Assembly (NCBI GenBank): GCA_000004985.1
Contig: GG738865.1
DNA from: Naegleria gruberi
Lineage: Eukaryota
Strand: one strand, 5' to 3'
DNA length: 64,000 nucleotides
Below, piece after piece: positions 32,319 to 45,374 of the stretch. The notes under the pieces were generated by a model. That model searched no databases. It was not told the DNA's origin and was given only the letters and a program-made list of their open reading frames with translations. Each line of letters begins with the position of its first letter. The first letter of the stretch is position 1. The translations under genes and the position numbers were made by a program.

Positions 32319-33263
32319 TTACAAATCTTCATTGGAATCAATGAGTCTCTCTTGACCAAAGTTGGCAGTATTTCTCCTCTTGATAGTATCATTACTACTT
32401 GTTACTACATCGGAGGAATTGTGAGTAGTTGTCTTTCCAACATAATCATCATAATCTTCATCATCCTTCTCTTGTTTGGTATAGTCATGATGAACAACTT
32501 CTGCAGAATGATCATCATGTCCATGAGCATGCCCTGGATGAGCATTCTTTGGAATATGTTGTGCCTTAGCCAAATACAATGAAACACTGTGACCACTATG
32601 AAGGAAATGCGAACCTTTGTCTGCTATGATATACATGTGAATAACAACTTCCAAAATTTCCACAACCAATTCCTGTTCCAAAGTAACTTGAGCATGTGCA
32701 AATTCTTCTGGTTTCTCCTCTCTCTCAACAACCTCTGAAGCATACTTCTTTCCAATATAAACAATATGAAGAATGGCAGTAAAACAACTATAGATGAAAT
32801 AGGTTAAAAAGACAAAAGCTTCAAGCCAGTTGACCCATGTTGTGAGTGGTTTCTTTCTCTTGATAGCAATTAATTCTCTGATATATCTGATTGTGAACAT
32901 GAGAATTAACACAGCCATGTAAAAATATGAAATAATTTGGAGTGCCTTTTGTAAATCAATTTCAAATTGTTTTCTTGCACTAGAATTGGTACCGATCAGA
33001 GAGTTTGCTTGTACATAGGTAATTGCAAACATCTATTTCGTTAGTTTGATTTCGAATAAAATATAGCAGGTTACTAATCGTGAAGTAACTTTGCTACATA
33101 CCTTCAAGACTGAGTAAATGTACATCTTGAGTCTTCTATTACCGAAAGTCCACTGATTAAACTTCTTCCACTTTTGTTTGAAACTTTCCCATCCACTTGT
33201 TGGAGCTTTATTATTCGATTGACCATGGATATCATAATAGGGAGTGTGATGATCGTGTGCCAT
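32319..33263 (-). CDS. membrane protein with His-rich (HPGHAHGHDDH) cytosolic segment; 2 exons (33263-33096, 33032-32319), GTATGT..AATAG intron
   Basis: Exon 1 (MAHDHHTPYYDIHG...YSVLK) ends at GTATGT. Exon 2 begins at ATG 33032 in phase 0. There are about 4 TM helices and a C-terminal acidic tail. The His cluster suggests metal binding but the family is unassigned. Confidence 0.45.
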
Positions 33264-34217
33264 TATGAGTTGTTTCTTTTTATTTTCTTTCTCTCTATTG
33301 TGACTGGTAATTTATCTCATATTATATTGCGTCTTTTAAGTCGCTCACCAAATTTGATAATTCAACTCCACTCTCCGCTCTGGAAAACACTTTTTTGATT
33401 GGATAAAACATTCCAGAACCATTAAATGAAACCTTGCACCAAACGGATAACATTTTTATATGGAAGTGTTACAAACAATCATATCTAGCGAGATTTATTG
33501 TTACATTTTGCAATGTAGATGTCTTTCGCTCAACTCTGATTTCTAAATGCAATATTTAATTTAAAAACTAATTGGGTTTTATTTACTCCAAAAAGATGTC
33601 TCACAAAATTTTGATTTACAAGTGGATTTCGAGATAGATTTTAGCTTTGGTCCTGAGAAATTGATTTACTAAGGTACAACTATAGCTTTGAAAAAACACT
33701 TTTCAAAGGTCTGTATCAAAGATCGTTCTCTTGTACCTTTTTGCTCAGACTTTTCTGGAGACAAGAAAACAATGTAGTTGACTGAATACCAATTTGACCT
33801 ATGAGTTGAAGTGGTCCATTGTTCCAGATAACTCTCACAAAATTCAATTATGTTTCACTTTTTGAATGTACTCAGTTGAGAAGTCTATCAACTCTACCAA
33901 TTTAATGGATTTTAATCAGGTCACGTCTAGTTAAGATTGGGCCTTTTATTTAAGCAATTTGGACCATCGAATACATGTGTGTTACTTCCCAGCAAACACT
34001 TTATTGGGATGCACACAGGTCTGTATCGAGGTTTGTCAAATAATTGCCAAATCCTCTCATCTCCCAATTACAACTGTTGCATAACTTGTTCAACCAATCA
34101 AATAATTGCTTATTTACAAATCTCTTCCATTAGAACAATACTAATCAAAACTAACTCGTCCTATTGCGTAGCACTTGTCACCACGTCTTTGTTGGAAGGA
34201 AATTTTGACAAAAAAAA

Positions 34218-36179
34218 ATGTTCAAACAATTCCCAGCAGATGTACTTCCCCATCTGTTTAGTTTTTTCTCTCTGAGAGAAATCTATTATAATCTCCAATT
34301 TGTTAGCAAGGAATGGCTAGAAATTGCCAACGTACCTAATGAATATAACAAAGTACGAAGAAGAAACAATGTTGGTGGAGGAGACAATAGTGATAATGGT
34401 TATCATCAGTCGTGGTCAATTTATTTGGTTTCGTCATTCAGAAGTGGAAAGCAATTTAAAGAAATTAATCGAATGATGAGTGATTTGGAGAGCGATGCTT
34501 CTGATGAGGAAATTTCAAGGGCCATGTGGGATGATCAACATACACAATTGATCTTTTCATGTATTGAAGGAAAGATGGTGCATGGCTTGCATGCTGGTAA
34601 TCCACTTGTTAAAAAGGATGGTATTGGTGAAATGATCAAATCAATGCAATTCCTCTATGGAGTTCATTATGATAAGGAGCTTGTTAAGAGAATTGTTTCA
34701 GATAGTAACTCAATCAAGTCATGTCTCTATGTAGAGAATGAAGAATTTGCTAAAAACTTTCAAGAAAGAGTGGTTGAAAATGGTAGCGGTTTAAGTGATC
34801 TGAAGGAAAAGTTCTATTTTATGGATTTGTGTTATTTGGACTCCTCTTTGAAAAATGTTAGTGATGAGGTATTCATTTACAAAATATTTGAGAGGGTGTT
34901 TTCTTTGGATTTAGATAACGATTGGTCCAATGTATTTCCCTGTATTCGAAAATGCAAATTATTGAAACAGAAACTAGAAAAATGTAATGGAGAAACTATT
35001 AGAAAAATGTTTCAAATTGAAATGGAGATTGCCTTGAAAATGTTACTCAATATTCTCAAGTGGGGTTACCATCTATCTGATTTGAACTTTCTATACTCCT
35101 TTGCAAGTTATTGTAAATTCACACAAAGCCAATCTGAAGAGATAGTGAAATTGTCTGATTCTCTTATTAATGAAATTAATAGAGTTGTATTGATTGAAGA
35201 AGTGGTACTCACTCCAATCATTGAAGATGACTACATCTCCACCAGCATATTGGATCAGTTCAAGAATAACAAACTTATTGAAATGGTCAACCAAAATAAT
35301 GCACATCCACTCGAAGAAATCGAATATAGAAATCTCTATACTAACACATCTTGCTTTTTAAAATTTCTTCATAGAAAATTTTCAATAGGAGAAATGTTTA
35401 GAACAACAATTAACAAAAGAAAAAAGCTACTAGATGCAGAGAATAGATTGAATGGATATTTCGTTTTTTGCATTGTCAACCAGAGAGACATGGAAAAGAG
35501 AGCAAAATTTTTGGAAAAGATTGAACAGGCATTTATTTATGCAACTGAGCTGAGGGATTTCAGAACTGCTTTCTTTTTCTCGACTCTATTGAATAATGCT
35601 TGTGTTTATAGATTACGTAAAACTCGTGAACACGTGGATAGATCAAGTAATTTCAAAAATCTGTTCGAGGAGAGCCAGAAAACAATTTCTTCAGACGGAA
35701 ATTATAGAAAATTATACCAAACTGTTGAAAAATATGCCAAAGAAGCCAATATTCCAATGTAAGTTTGTAATTTCTGGTTAATTCGATTCAACTCATTATG
35801 GTATATTGATAGCCATCTTCCATTGACAAATTTAACGTTTGTTATTGAAGGAAACTCAAATCAAATTACTATTCTCTTTTTGAGTTACAGATTTATAGCA
35901 CAATTTGGAAGATCATTGAGGATACCATCTAAACTTGGTAACTATGAGAGGAATTTATTCGATAAGAAAACTATTAAAATTATTGACAAGAAGGGAGTTA
36001 AGCATTCAATCAAATCATTTTTTGAAGGAGATGATGATACTTCACACATGCATTATGAACTACAAGCTGATCAACAAGTGTTGGAACTTTTTGTTTTCAT
36101 TGCATTTAATTTCCAACTAAAAGAAGATTCAGAGTTGTACAAAATGAGTTTAGAATGTGAACCAAGACAAGCCAAATAA
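34218..36179 (+). CDS. F-box-like N-terminus fused to RasGEF (CDC25-homology) domain; 2 exons (34218-35759, about 35879-36179)
   Basis: N-terminus FPADVLPHLFSFFSLREIYYNLQFVSKEWLEIAN is an F-box-like motif. The C-terminal half carries RasGEF blocks (FRTAFFFSTLLNNACVYRLRKTREHV; exon 2 FIAQFGRSLRIPSKLGNYERNLFDKKTIKI). The donor is at ATGTAAGT and the acceptor TTACAG continues the frame into ORF 35823-36179. Confidence 0.55.
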
Positions 36180-36242
36180 TAATATAACTTATTCTTGAAT
36201 TTTTGAAAATAATGATTTTAATATAATTGCTAAAGAAAGATT

Positions 36243-36989
36243 TCATCTCAATAAGTCGAATATTTTCTGTATGGATCCAGAATCAAGATAAATAATTGAA
36301 TTGGATCTTCTGATTCTAACTTCATTGGGTGCGAGTGAGCATTCAGATTGTTTACAAATTGACAAGTAGACATTCTTATCTTTTGGAACAATATTATCAT
36401 TCCTCAAACTCAAATCTCCATTCACAACAAAGATATCTGCCTGTGAATTTTGAACTAATTCAAATCTTGCCTTCAGGTAGGTATTTCTTGTCAGTTGCTG
36501 AATGATGGCTGATTTCATTTCATCTTTGAAATCATCTCCAATGAAGAATTTGATTCTTCTTCTTGTTACAAATCTCCAAATAAAGAAACATCCAACAGCA
36601 GCAGTACACAAGAGCACACTCTTTCCAAGAGTGAAATGAGTCTTGAGAATTGAAAGGAGACCAACTGGCGAAAATTGTGTCAAATTGTCAGATGTTGGTT
36701 TCATTGGTATTTCTGAAATTACTGAAATTTCAGGATTTGATTGGACTATTTCCGGTTTTGCGTTTAGAATTTTCTGAATTCTTTCTCCCAAGTTGGCAAC
36801 AACAGTTTTCAAGCTATTGGTTGACTTCTCCACATTGTCAAGTTTTTCCATTAATGTCTCAAGTTGTTCATCAGGGATTGAAACTGTACTTGAGTTTAGT
36901 TGAGGTTTACTTTTGTTGTTGGAGAAGAAAGAGCCGAGAAATGCACCCACTGTAGAAGTAAGCAGTATACCAACAAGCCGTTGATTCAT
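36243..36989 (-). CDS. hypothetical protein with N-terminal membrane anchor, coiled coil and second hydrophobic helix (248 aa)
   Basis: ATG ORF. No recognisable family. Confidence 0.35.
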   Translation of the reverse strand: MNQRLVGILLTSTVGAFLGSFFSNNKSKPQLNSSTVSIPDEQLETLMEKLDNVEKSTNSLKTVVANLGERIQKILNAKPEIVQSNPEISVISEIPMKPTSDNLTQFSPVGLLSILKTHFTLGKSVLLCTAAVGCFFIWRFVTRRRIKFFIGDDFKDEMKSAIIQQLTRNTYLKARFELVQNSQADIFVVNGDLSLRNDNIVPKDKNVYLSICKQSECSLAPNEVRIRRSNSIIYLDSGSIQKIFDLLR

Positions 36990-37243
36990 TTTTTAATTAT
37001 GTGAATACAGATATATTACATCACGTTTAAGATTTATTAATTGTAGAGTTTAATAAAACGTGACATCACGGTTCGAGAATTTTTACATTTTGATTAAATT
37101 GTAAACTGCTACAACTGCCTTGGAGCCCATTGTAGGGTATTGTCATTGTAAACTGAAAACGTGAAATCACGTATTGTAAACAGCTATTTAAAGAATCAGA
37201 ATGATTTGATAATTCAGTAATATTCAACAAAAAAAACAACAAA

Positions 37244-38412
37244 ATGTTCAATATTCCAAATAATATTACTGATATTCGTTCTTTGTTTACCTATGCAATC
37301 GGAACACTTTCTATTGGCTCCATTGTCGCAGCTGCATCCCTTTCTTACAAACACTTTTTTACATGGTCCTTGAATAAGCAAGACAAAAATCCAAATGTTT
37401 GTGTGTTGAGGCTTGCTGGTTTAACTCCAAGAAAGCTGGAGATTGTGGACAGAGAAACACAAGTAACCTTGTATATTGCAAATGAAACCAAGGAGATTAG
37501 AATAGTGGACAATTTTAAGGGCTCTCTCTTTTTCAAAGTGTATGGTAAATCTGACATTCCATATATTCATATATTACCAATTCGGTCTATGTCAATACTA
37601 GAGATAGACTTGGTGTTTCTGATAGTTTACTTGAAAAGATTGATGCCAAAATGGAAAAATTGCAATATTTCTCTATTTTATTCACTGGAGGAAAAGGTTG
37701 TGGAAAGAGTATGATGATTGTTTGCTTTATTATGTTCTTCATTGAAATGGGATATGAACTTAAAGTTTCTGAACACAGATCACCAAAGGAGGCATTTGTT
37801 ACAGCAGGAACTGATGATCATGTCACAACAAAATTTCAAGTTGCCAGATTGGAGAAGAAGATCAATAACAAAACTATTGTATTAGAATTGATTGACTCTC
37901 CAGGAATTGAAAAGAGTTACAAGGGTCAACCTTGGTATGGAGACATGAAGGAAACATTCAAGAAAATAATGGATGGTCAAGTGAGAGCCAACTCTTGTGT
38001 TTTCGAAGAAAGAAGGCATACTCTCAATTCAACTAATCCAGATGAAAACATTCCAAAACCAATGTTAGCACTTGTTTGTTCAAACCAAGCATCAGTTGAA
38101 TCTGGAAATGCCAACGATCCATTATTGAACGTCCTGACGAAACAATTACAAAAGAGGGCCTTCTCTGTTTCTACCAAAATTGACCAATCTATGGAAAAGG
38201 ATGATAAGAAAACAACAGTGTTAAAGTTCAATAATGGAAAATTTGAAGAAGTTTTGAATGATATTCGTTGTGTTGGTGATCAGAATGATTTACAATTCTT
38301 TTCACTTACAAAAGAAACCTATTTCAAATTTAAAGATTGTGATGATATTATCAAGTTGCACACTGCCAGATTCATTCACAGTATTCTTGATATGTATAAC
38401 AAAAATTGCTAA
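37244..38412 (+). CDS. membrane-anchored TRAFAC-class P-loop GTPase (AIG1/dynamin-like motif set); 2 exons (37244-37544, about 37604-38412), intron about 59 nt with GTAAAT donor
   Basis: N-terminal TM helix (IGTLSIGSIVAAASL). Exon 2 has G1 FTGGKGCGKS, G3 LIDSPG and G4 STKID. Only a phase-1 GTAAAT..CTAGAG intron joins the two ORF frames without stops. Confidence 0.5.
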
Positions 38413-38554
38413 ATGGGATTCCTTTTTTCAATTTTTAAATATTTTGTAAATTATTTTAAAATTTATTAAACATTTATTGTATTTGTTAAATTTTTGGCGC
38501 CAAAAGTGTTTGAGGTTGTATTACAGTTTTTTAAAAAAAATTAAGAAGAAAAAA

Positions 38555-40092
<1,538 letters not shown>

Positions 40093-40396
40093 AAACATCA
40101 TGTTTAAAAATCTTTACAAAAATGTCCAAGCACTTCTTAACAAGTTGATTCATTACTCTTATCAAGTACTCCACTCCAGTAATTCCTTAATTGTCGGCCA
40201 GCTTAGAGGTTCATTTTCAGTGTGTAGATAACCTCCTTTAGATCTGCAGTAGATCTTTGCTCAATAAGGGCATCAGAAATGAGAGAATAAGGAATAAGGA
40301 TGGACTCCTTTATGGACAATTACGAAAAGATCATCTTTGGTTATTTCACATTGTTAATGTGTTGTTATATGAAATTGTGACAAAATTGTTTTTTAT

Positions 40397-41776
40397 TCAA
40401 GCAATAAGCCCTTGACTTTGCTTCCACTTTTGACCGTGAGAAGCTACTTGTGTTCTTGATCGTGTCTTGACATACTTTTCAGCAATGAGTTTCCAATTGT
40501 TACCACATGCCTCAAGACCTTCGAGGAAACGTTGATGTTCTTCCTCTGTCCACCATCCCTTATGACTACCATTCTTATTCTTGGCAGACAAATCACCCTT
40601 CACACTCGACTTGAGTCTCAGCTTACCAATCTTTTGTTTCGAGTAATTGTTAGCAATGTCAACTTCTTCATCGTCACCTTCAGATTCTTCACTTGGTGTC
40701 GTGGTATTTTGTTTGTTTCCTCTCTTAATACATGCAGAAGCAACCTTCTTGAGCACTTCAACATTTGGACATGTTGTTGATGAGACACTGGCAGTTGTTG
40801 TCGTTATGGTTGGATTCTTCTTCTGGAGCTCTTCCTTACTACTACTTGTCATTGTGGTTTCACTACTAGAAACACCACTCGAATGATGATCGTTGAATTG
40901 ACTAGGGGATGATGAATTACTACTTTTCACATCTGTGCCAATAATTGAGACATTGGAAGAATGGGAAAATCCAGATTCATCCATCAATACATTACTATTT
41001 GGAACGTTTCTAACTGGGCTCAATACAGGTGGTGCTGTAGTTGTAGTGGCTGTAATTGTTTTACAGGCAATTGGCACTGCACATGTCACTATCTGCTGAC
41101 TTGTGGCATGATTAAAAGCAACAATTCTTCCAGTAGTTGGGGAGGTATTCAAAAGTGGGTGTTAAAGTGGTGTTAAAGTTGGTGGTGGACTATTCACATG
41201 ATCCACTACTTTAGAGTTGGTTGTAAAATAATTTGGCTTGTTTACAGTACCTTCCCAAATGGAGTTTTCTCGATATAGTTGTTGAGGTGCTTGATGGGTT
41301 GGATAAACGGAGAATAACGAGGAGTAACGATTGCCAACAACGACATGATGACTCGTAGACGATGATGCAACAACAGGCATTATTGATTGGCTTGTGGTGG
41401 TGGAGTGAGAAAGGGATGGGAGTTGTTGTGGATGATGTTGCATCATCTGTGGTGGTTGTGTTGAAGAATAATTATTATTACATGATGAGGATTGACTGGT
41501 AGTAGGAATGGCTGTACAGGAAATGGTATTAGAGAAGGCATGTGTTGGTCTGGTTAACAAATTAGGATAGTTTGGTGTTGTTGTGGTTGCAGGATATATA
41601 TCTGAAAAGAGTGAAGAAATGGAAGGTAATTGAATAGTGGCAGAACTATTAGTACTGCTGCCACTGTCTTTTGTCAAATGATTCATTGGCTGAATGTATT
41701 GTTGTTGTTGTTGGCTTGCACTCATGAGTGGATTGGTGGTCATAGTATTCATTCTTGTCATGTTATCTGCCATCAT
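40397..41776 (-). CDS. SHAQKYF-class single-MYB/SANT transcription-factor-like gene, interrupted by an in-frame TAA (+ strand 41162-41164) between a Gln/Ser-rich N-terminal half and the MYB-containing C-terminal half
   Basis: The C-terminus has KGWWTEEEHQRFLEGLEACGNNWKLIAEKYVKTRSRTQVASHGQKW (MYB/SANT, SHAQKYF-like). ORFs 41776-41162 and 41152-40397 are in the same frame, separated only by the TAA. Status is uncertain: intact gene with a cryptic intron, sequencing error, or pseudogene. Confidence 0.55.
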
Positions 41777-43314
41777 GATGATTTAATTCGTATGTTCGGT
41801 ATTATCTTTGAAATAATGATATTGCTGCTGCTATTGTGTCAGAGTAACAAAATAGATCGAATATCGAACCTAGTTGTGTGTGTTGTTTTTTTTGTTGTGT
41901 TGCTGAAGATTTAAATGCTTAGTAATCTTGTGTGTGGTTAGCTGTTTGGCGATTTTGGTGCGTTGTTCTTTTGTTGTTCTTTTGACGCAACGCAAAATTG
42001 CTGTCGATTTTTGCATTTTTCACTTTTTGCTTGGAAGAGAATTGTGATAGCTCTTGGTTGGCCATGAGTGAAATGAAAACGCGAGTATTTTGGAGTTTTT
42101 CTGGCCAATCAGAAAAGAGACAGATGATGAGAGGAACTAGCATCGCAACCAAAACATACTTGAGAATGTGATTGAATTGGTCACTAATAAGCATGTTTAA
42201 TTATCCATAGTTTCCATTTGCTGTGGTGACACTACCATGTCACTCAAAGATCTAATATCAGCAAATGGAATGCATCATGTTGCATTGATACATCCTCTTC
42301 TTGAATAAAATCTATCACTATTTCTGTACTGTATAAGAAGATCAATGTCAATGTGAAATAGAGGTTCCCAAAATCAAGTCACACCATCAGTGTCTTTAAG
42401 GAGTTGTGAAATTACAGTGTTTCACACAACACCAACCCACTGAAAAGCATGGTATTACAATTTTCGATAGATAGCTCTATTTTGGGTTGGTACACAAAGC
42501 TTAATCCTTATTGTTGTTTTTACCGTTGATTCTGGGTTGAAAACAGCAAAAATCGCGAATTCCTTCCTAATCGGTAAGTGGATTGTTGAATCTTGCCCTT
42601 GACTACAGTGAATTATTATCTTGGCTATCTTGTAAATATCAACAGCCCATTCCCAACGTCACTGTATCTAACAGACCAGTGAGAATTGGCTCTTTCTGGA
42701 TAATGGTCCAGTAATCAAATCTATTGAGGATGGTCCGTAAATTCCAACAACCATACGGTTGTATCAATGATTTGTGAACAAACAATCTAAGGTTCATATT
42801 GAGTAAAATCACTACAGTCCTATCTGAAATCTTTCTAAATGCAGACTGATATCGTTAATACAATTAATACAATGCAATTTCAAGGGCTCAAGGGTGGTAC
42901 CTCATTGCAGATAAGTGGTTGTGAGGATTACTCAACGAGCACACACACCCTTACTCACTTAGTACTCACTTCATTCAACAATTTGATCATTGTGTTTGTT
43001 GAGCTGATGATAATCTAGTATCCTCTTTTTACGTAATTATTGAAACATAGTTATTCCAACTAAATATTCCACTATTACATTAATAATATTACTCAATATT
43101 ACACCTTACTAGAGGTTTTAACAATGTGAGGTTGGTTAAAAACTGTAAATTACACATGTTAAAAAAACCTAAAATAGATTGATTATCATCACTAGAACGT
43201 ACTGTTAGGAAAATTCGAGATAGTAACCTCTCATTATTGCAAAGTGAATGTTGAATTACCAACGTAACTATAATCAACTATAATAACCATAATTACATGT
43301 TACTATTATTATAA

Positions 43315-44826
43315 TCAGAGTTGATATTCGGAAAATTCAAAACTGAATGGCTCCTTTTCAACAATCATTGAGCCAATTTCATCATTGTCAAGTAATGATT
43401 CGTAACATACTGAAAGACAACAAATACTCTTCAATTTATCCTTAGCACTGTTGAAAAAGATGGATGTGTAATAATTCTTGAAATTTTTCCTCTCGTTTGA
43501 TTTCTTCCACAACCTGACCTTCTTTAATACATGTCTCTCAATGGTATTCTCAATGAGGAGAGGAGATCCCACCATGAGGGAGTGGGAACTAGATGACACA
43601 CATCCATTGTATAAATAGTACAGTACTCTCATGGTGTGAATCAATATGAAATCAATGCTCAATAGATTATACTTGTCCAATTCATAAATCCACCTCGAAA
43701 CGATATGATTCAATACTTTAAAGTTTTTCTTTGGAGTTGGCTCGAGAGGTTGAGGGATTTCAAAATAGTTTGTATTCGATTGTTTGATAAATTTGGGTTG
43801 AATCCACATTGGTTTGAATCTGCCTTCAAATGTTGATATTAAAGACTTGGTTGCTCGTTTCATTCTAATCTTTTTCCAAATATCTGTTATGATTTCTTCC
43901 TCATTGCCACTACTGCCATTACTTCCACTTGATTCTTCTTCATCTTCGCTATCTTGTCTATTTGTATCAATTGTCTTCTTTTTGGCATTTGATAAAAAAT
44001 TCCAATCTTTTCTTTGGTCAACTGGAGAAGAATCAGTACTATTGGGAAAATTTAGTGTTTTTCTTCCTTTTTGAAAAGTTTCTGAATGGATAATCGTCCA
44101 ACAATTATCCTTTCGCTTTGACAATAGTATTGAATCCATTTTCAGTTCGACATCATTCATTGAAAAGAACCAATTTGACATGGTAATTTCACTCCAATCA
44201 CAACAAACTCCCTTCTTTAGTGCACTTCTAAAATCAATTTGTAAAAATTGAGGAATTGGGGCTGAAAATTGGGTTCTTTTCAATCCTCTTATCCAATTAG
44301 GTTCCGTAAAAAAAGACTTTTTATCCACCAACAAGGAACACTTATTAATTGAAAATAGGTAATTTGAAATCATGAGAGTGGCCTGTCTCCTCGTTCTCAG
44401 TTTTGTTTGACTTTTCAAATAAATTTCCAATTGTCTTTGTAAATTTAATTTAAATTCCTCCCTCAATTTAATATCCTCCAATGAGAGGGAATAATTCGGA
44501 TCATCATGAAATCTTTCATTTTGCTCACGATAATTAATTGATTTGTTATAGATAAACACCTGATTGGTGGGCACTAATTCCGAAATATAATTCCAAATAT
44601 TATCAGATAGATAGGGCCACAGAGAGTGAATATCATCCCTATTGATTTTATCATACCATTTATGACAGACAAGACTTGATTGAATTAAAATGGATGGTAG
44701 TGGTAGATAACTCAAAATACTATTGAATAATTCATCAATTTCAAATAAATGGTGCCAAAAGTTTTCCGAAAGGGTCAATTTTGTGGATAAACTTTTTGTC
44801 AAGTTTTTCATTTTTTTTAATTTCAA
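43315..44826 (-). CDS. F-box domain protein (503 aa)
   Basis: N-terminal LFEIDELFNSILSYLPLPSILIQSSLVCHKWYDKI is an F-box motif. The rest is unassigned. Confidence 0.55.
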   Translation of the reverse strand: MKLKKMKNLTKSLSTKLTLSENFWHHLFEIDELFNSILSYLPLPSILIQSSLVCHKWYDKINRDDIHSLWPYLSDNIWNYISELVPTNQVFIYNKSINYREQNERFHDDPNYSLSLEDIKLREEFKLNLQRQLEIYLKSQTKLRTRRQATLMISNYLFSINKCSLLVDKKSFFTEPNWIRGLKRTQFSAPIPQFLQIDFRSALKKGVCCDWSEITMSNWFFSMNDVELKMDSILLSKRKDNCWTIIHSETFQKGRKTLNFPNSTDSSPVDQRKDWNFLSNAKKKTIDTNRQDSEDEEESSGSNGSSGNEEEIITDIWKKIRMKRATKSLISTFEGRFKPMWIQPKFIKQSNTNYFEIPQPLEPTPKKNFKVLNHIVSRWIYELDKYNLLSIDFILIHTMRVLYYLYNGCVSSSSHSLMVGSPLLIENTIERHVLKKVRLWKKSNERKNFKNYYTSIFFNSAKDKLKSICCLSVCYESLLDNDEIGSMIVEKEPFSFEFSEYQL

Positions 44827-45011
44827 AATTAAAATTGAAAATCAAATATGAAATGTCAATGTTTTAGAAAGGCATAGCATGCTAGTGTCAAAAATAAACC
44901 AGAGTTAGAAATCTGTACGCTGGCTGGGTCAAAAATAGCATTTTTCTATAGTAAAGTTAATTAGGTAGCAATGTTATTTGACATAAATAGTTTTTGAATA
45001 ATAAACAAGAA

Positions 45012-45083
45012 TCCCGTGTGGTCCAATGGCTAAGATACCTGGCTCTCACCCAGGAGATCCGGGTTCAATTCCCGGCACGGGAG
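45012..45083 (+). tRNA. trnE-CUC: tRNA-Glu (anticodon CUC), 72 nt
   Basis: TCCCGTG/CACGGGA acceptor stem; anticodon stem CCTGG/CCAGG; loop CTCTCAC (CUC at positions 34-36, U33, A37); T-arm CCGGG-TTCAATT-CCCGG. The layout is nearly superimposable on known eukaryotic tRNA-Glu(CTC). No intron. Confidence 0.9.
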
Positions 45084-45374
45084 GATTCATTTTTGCTGGC
45101 CTTCGTTTTTCATTCTCATGCTGCTTTTGCATTATCAATACTGCAATAATATAAATAAAGTCTTTTTTCAAATCATTTTGCAACTACTAGTACTAGTAAG
45201 TTAAATTAGTACTACGCACAAATATTCCAAAATCAAGTCATCTTGACTCATATCAAATATTTCAAATAGTAACAAAAACCGAAATTCATAGACCACATCA
45301 ATTTTCGCTTCCTCCACAAGTAGCACTTTCCACAAGTTCTCAATTATGTTGGGTCAGTCATCATCTTTAAAAAA

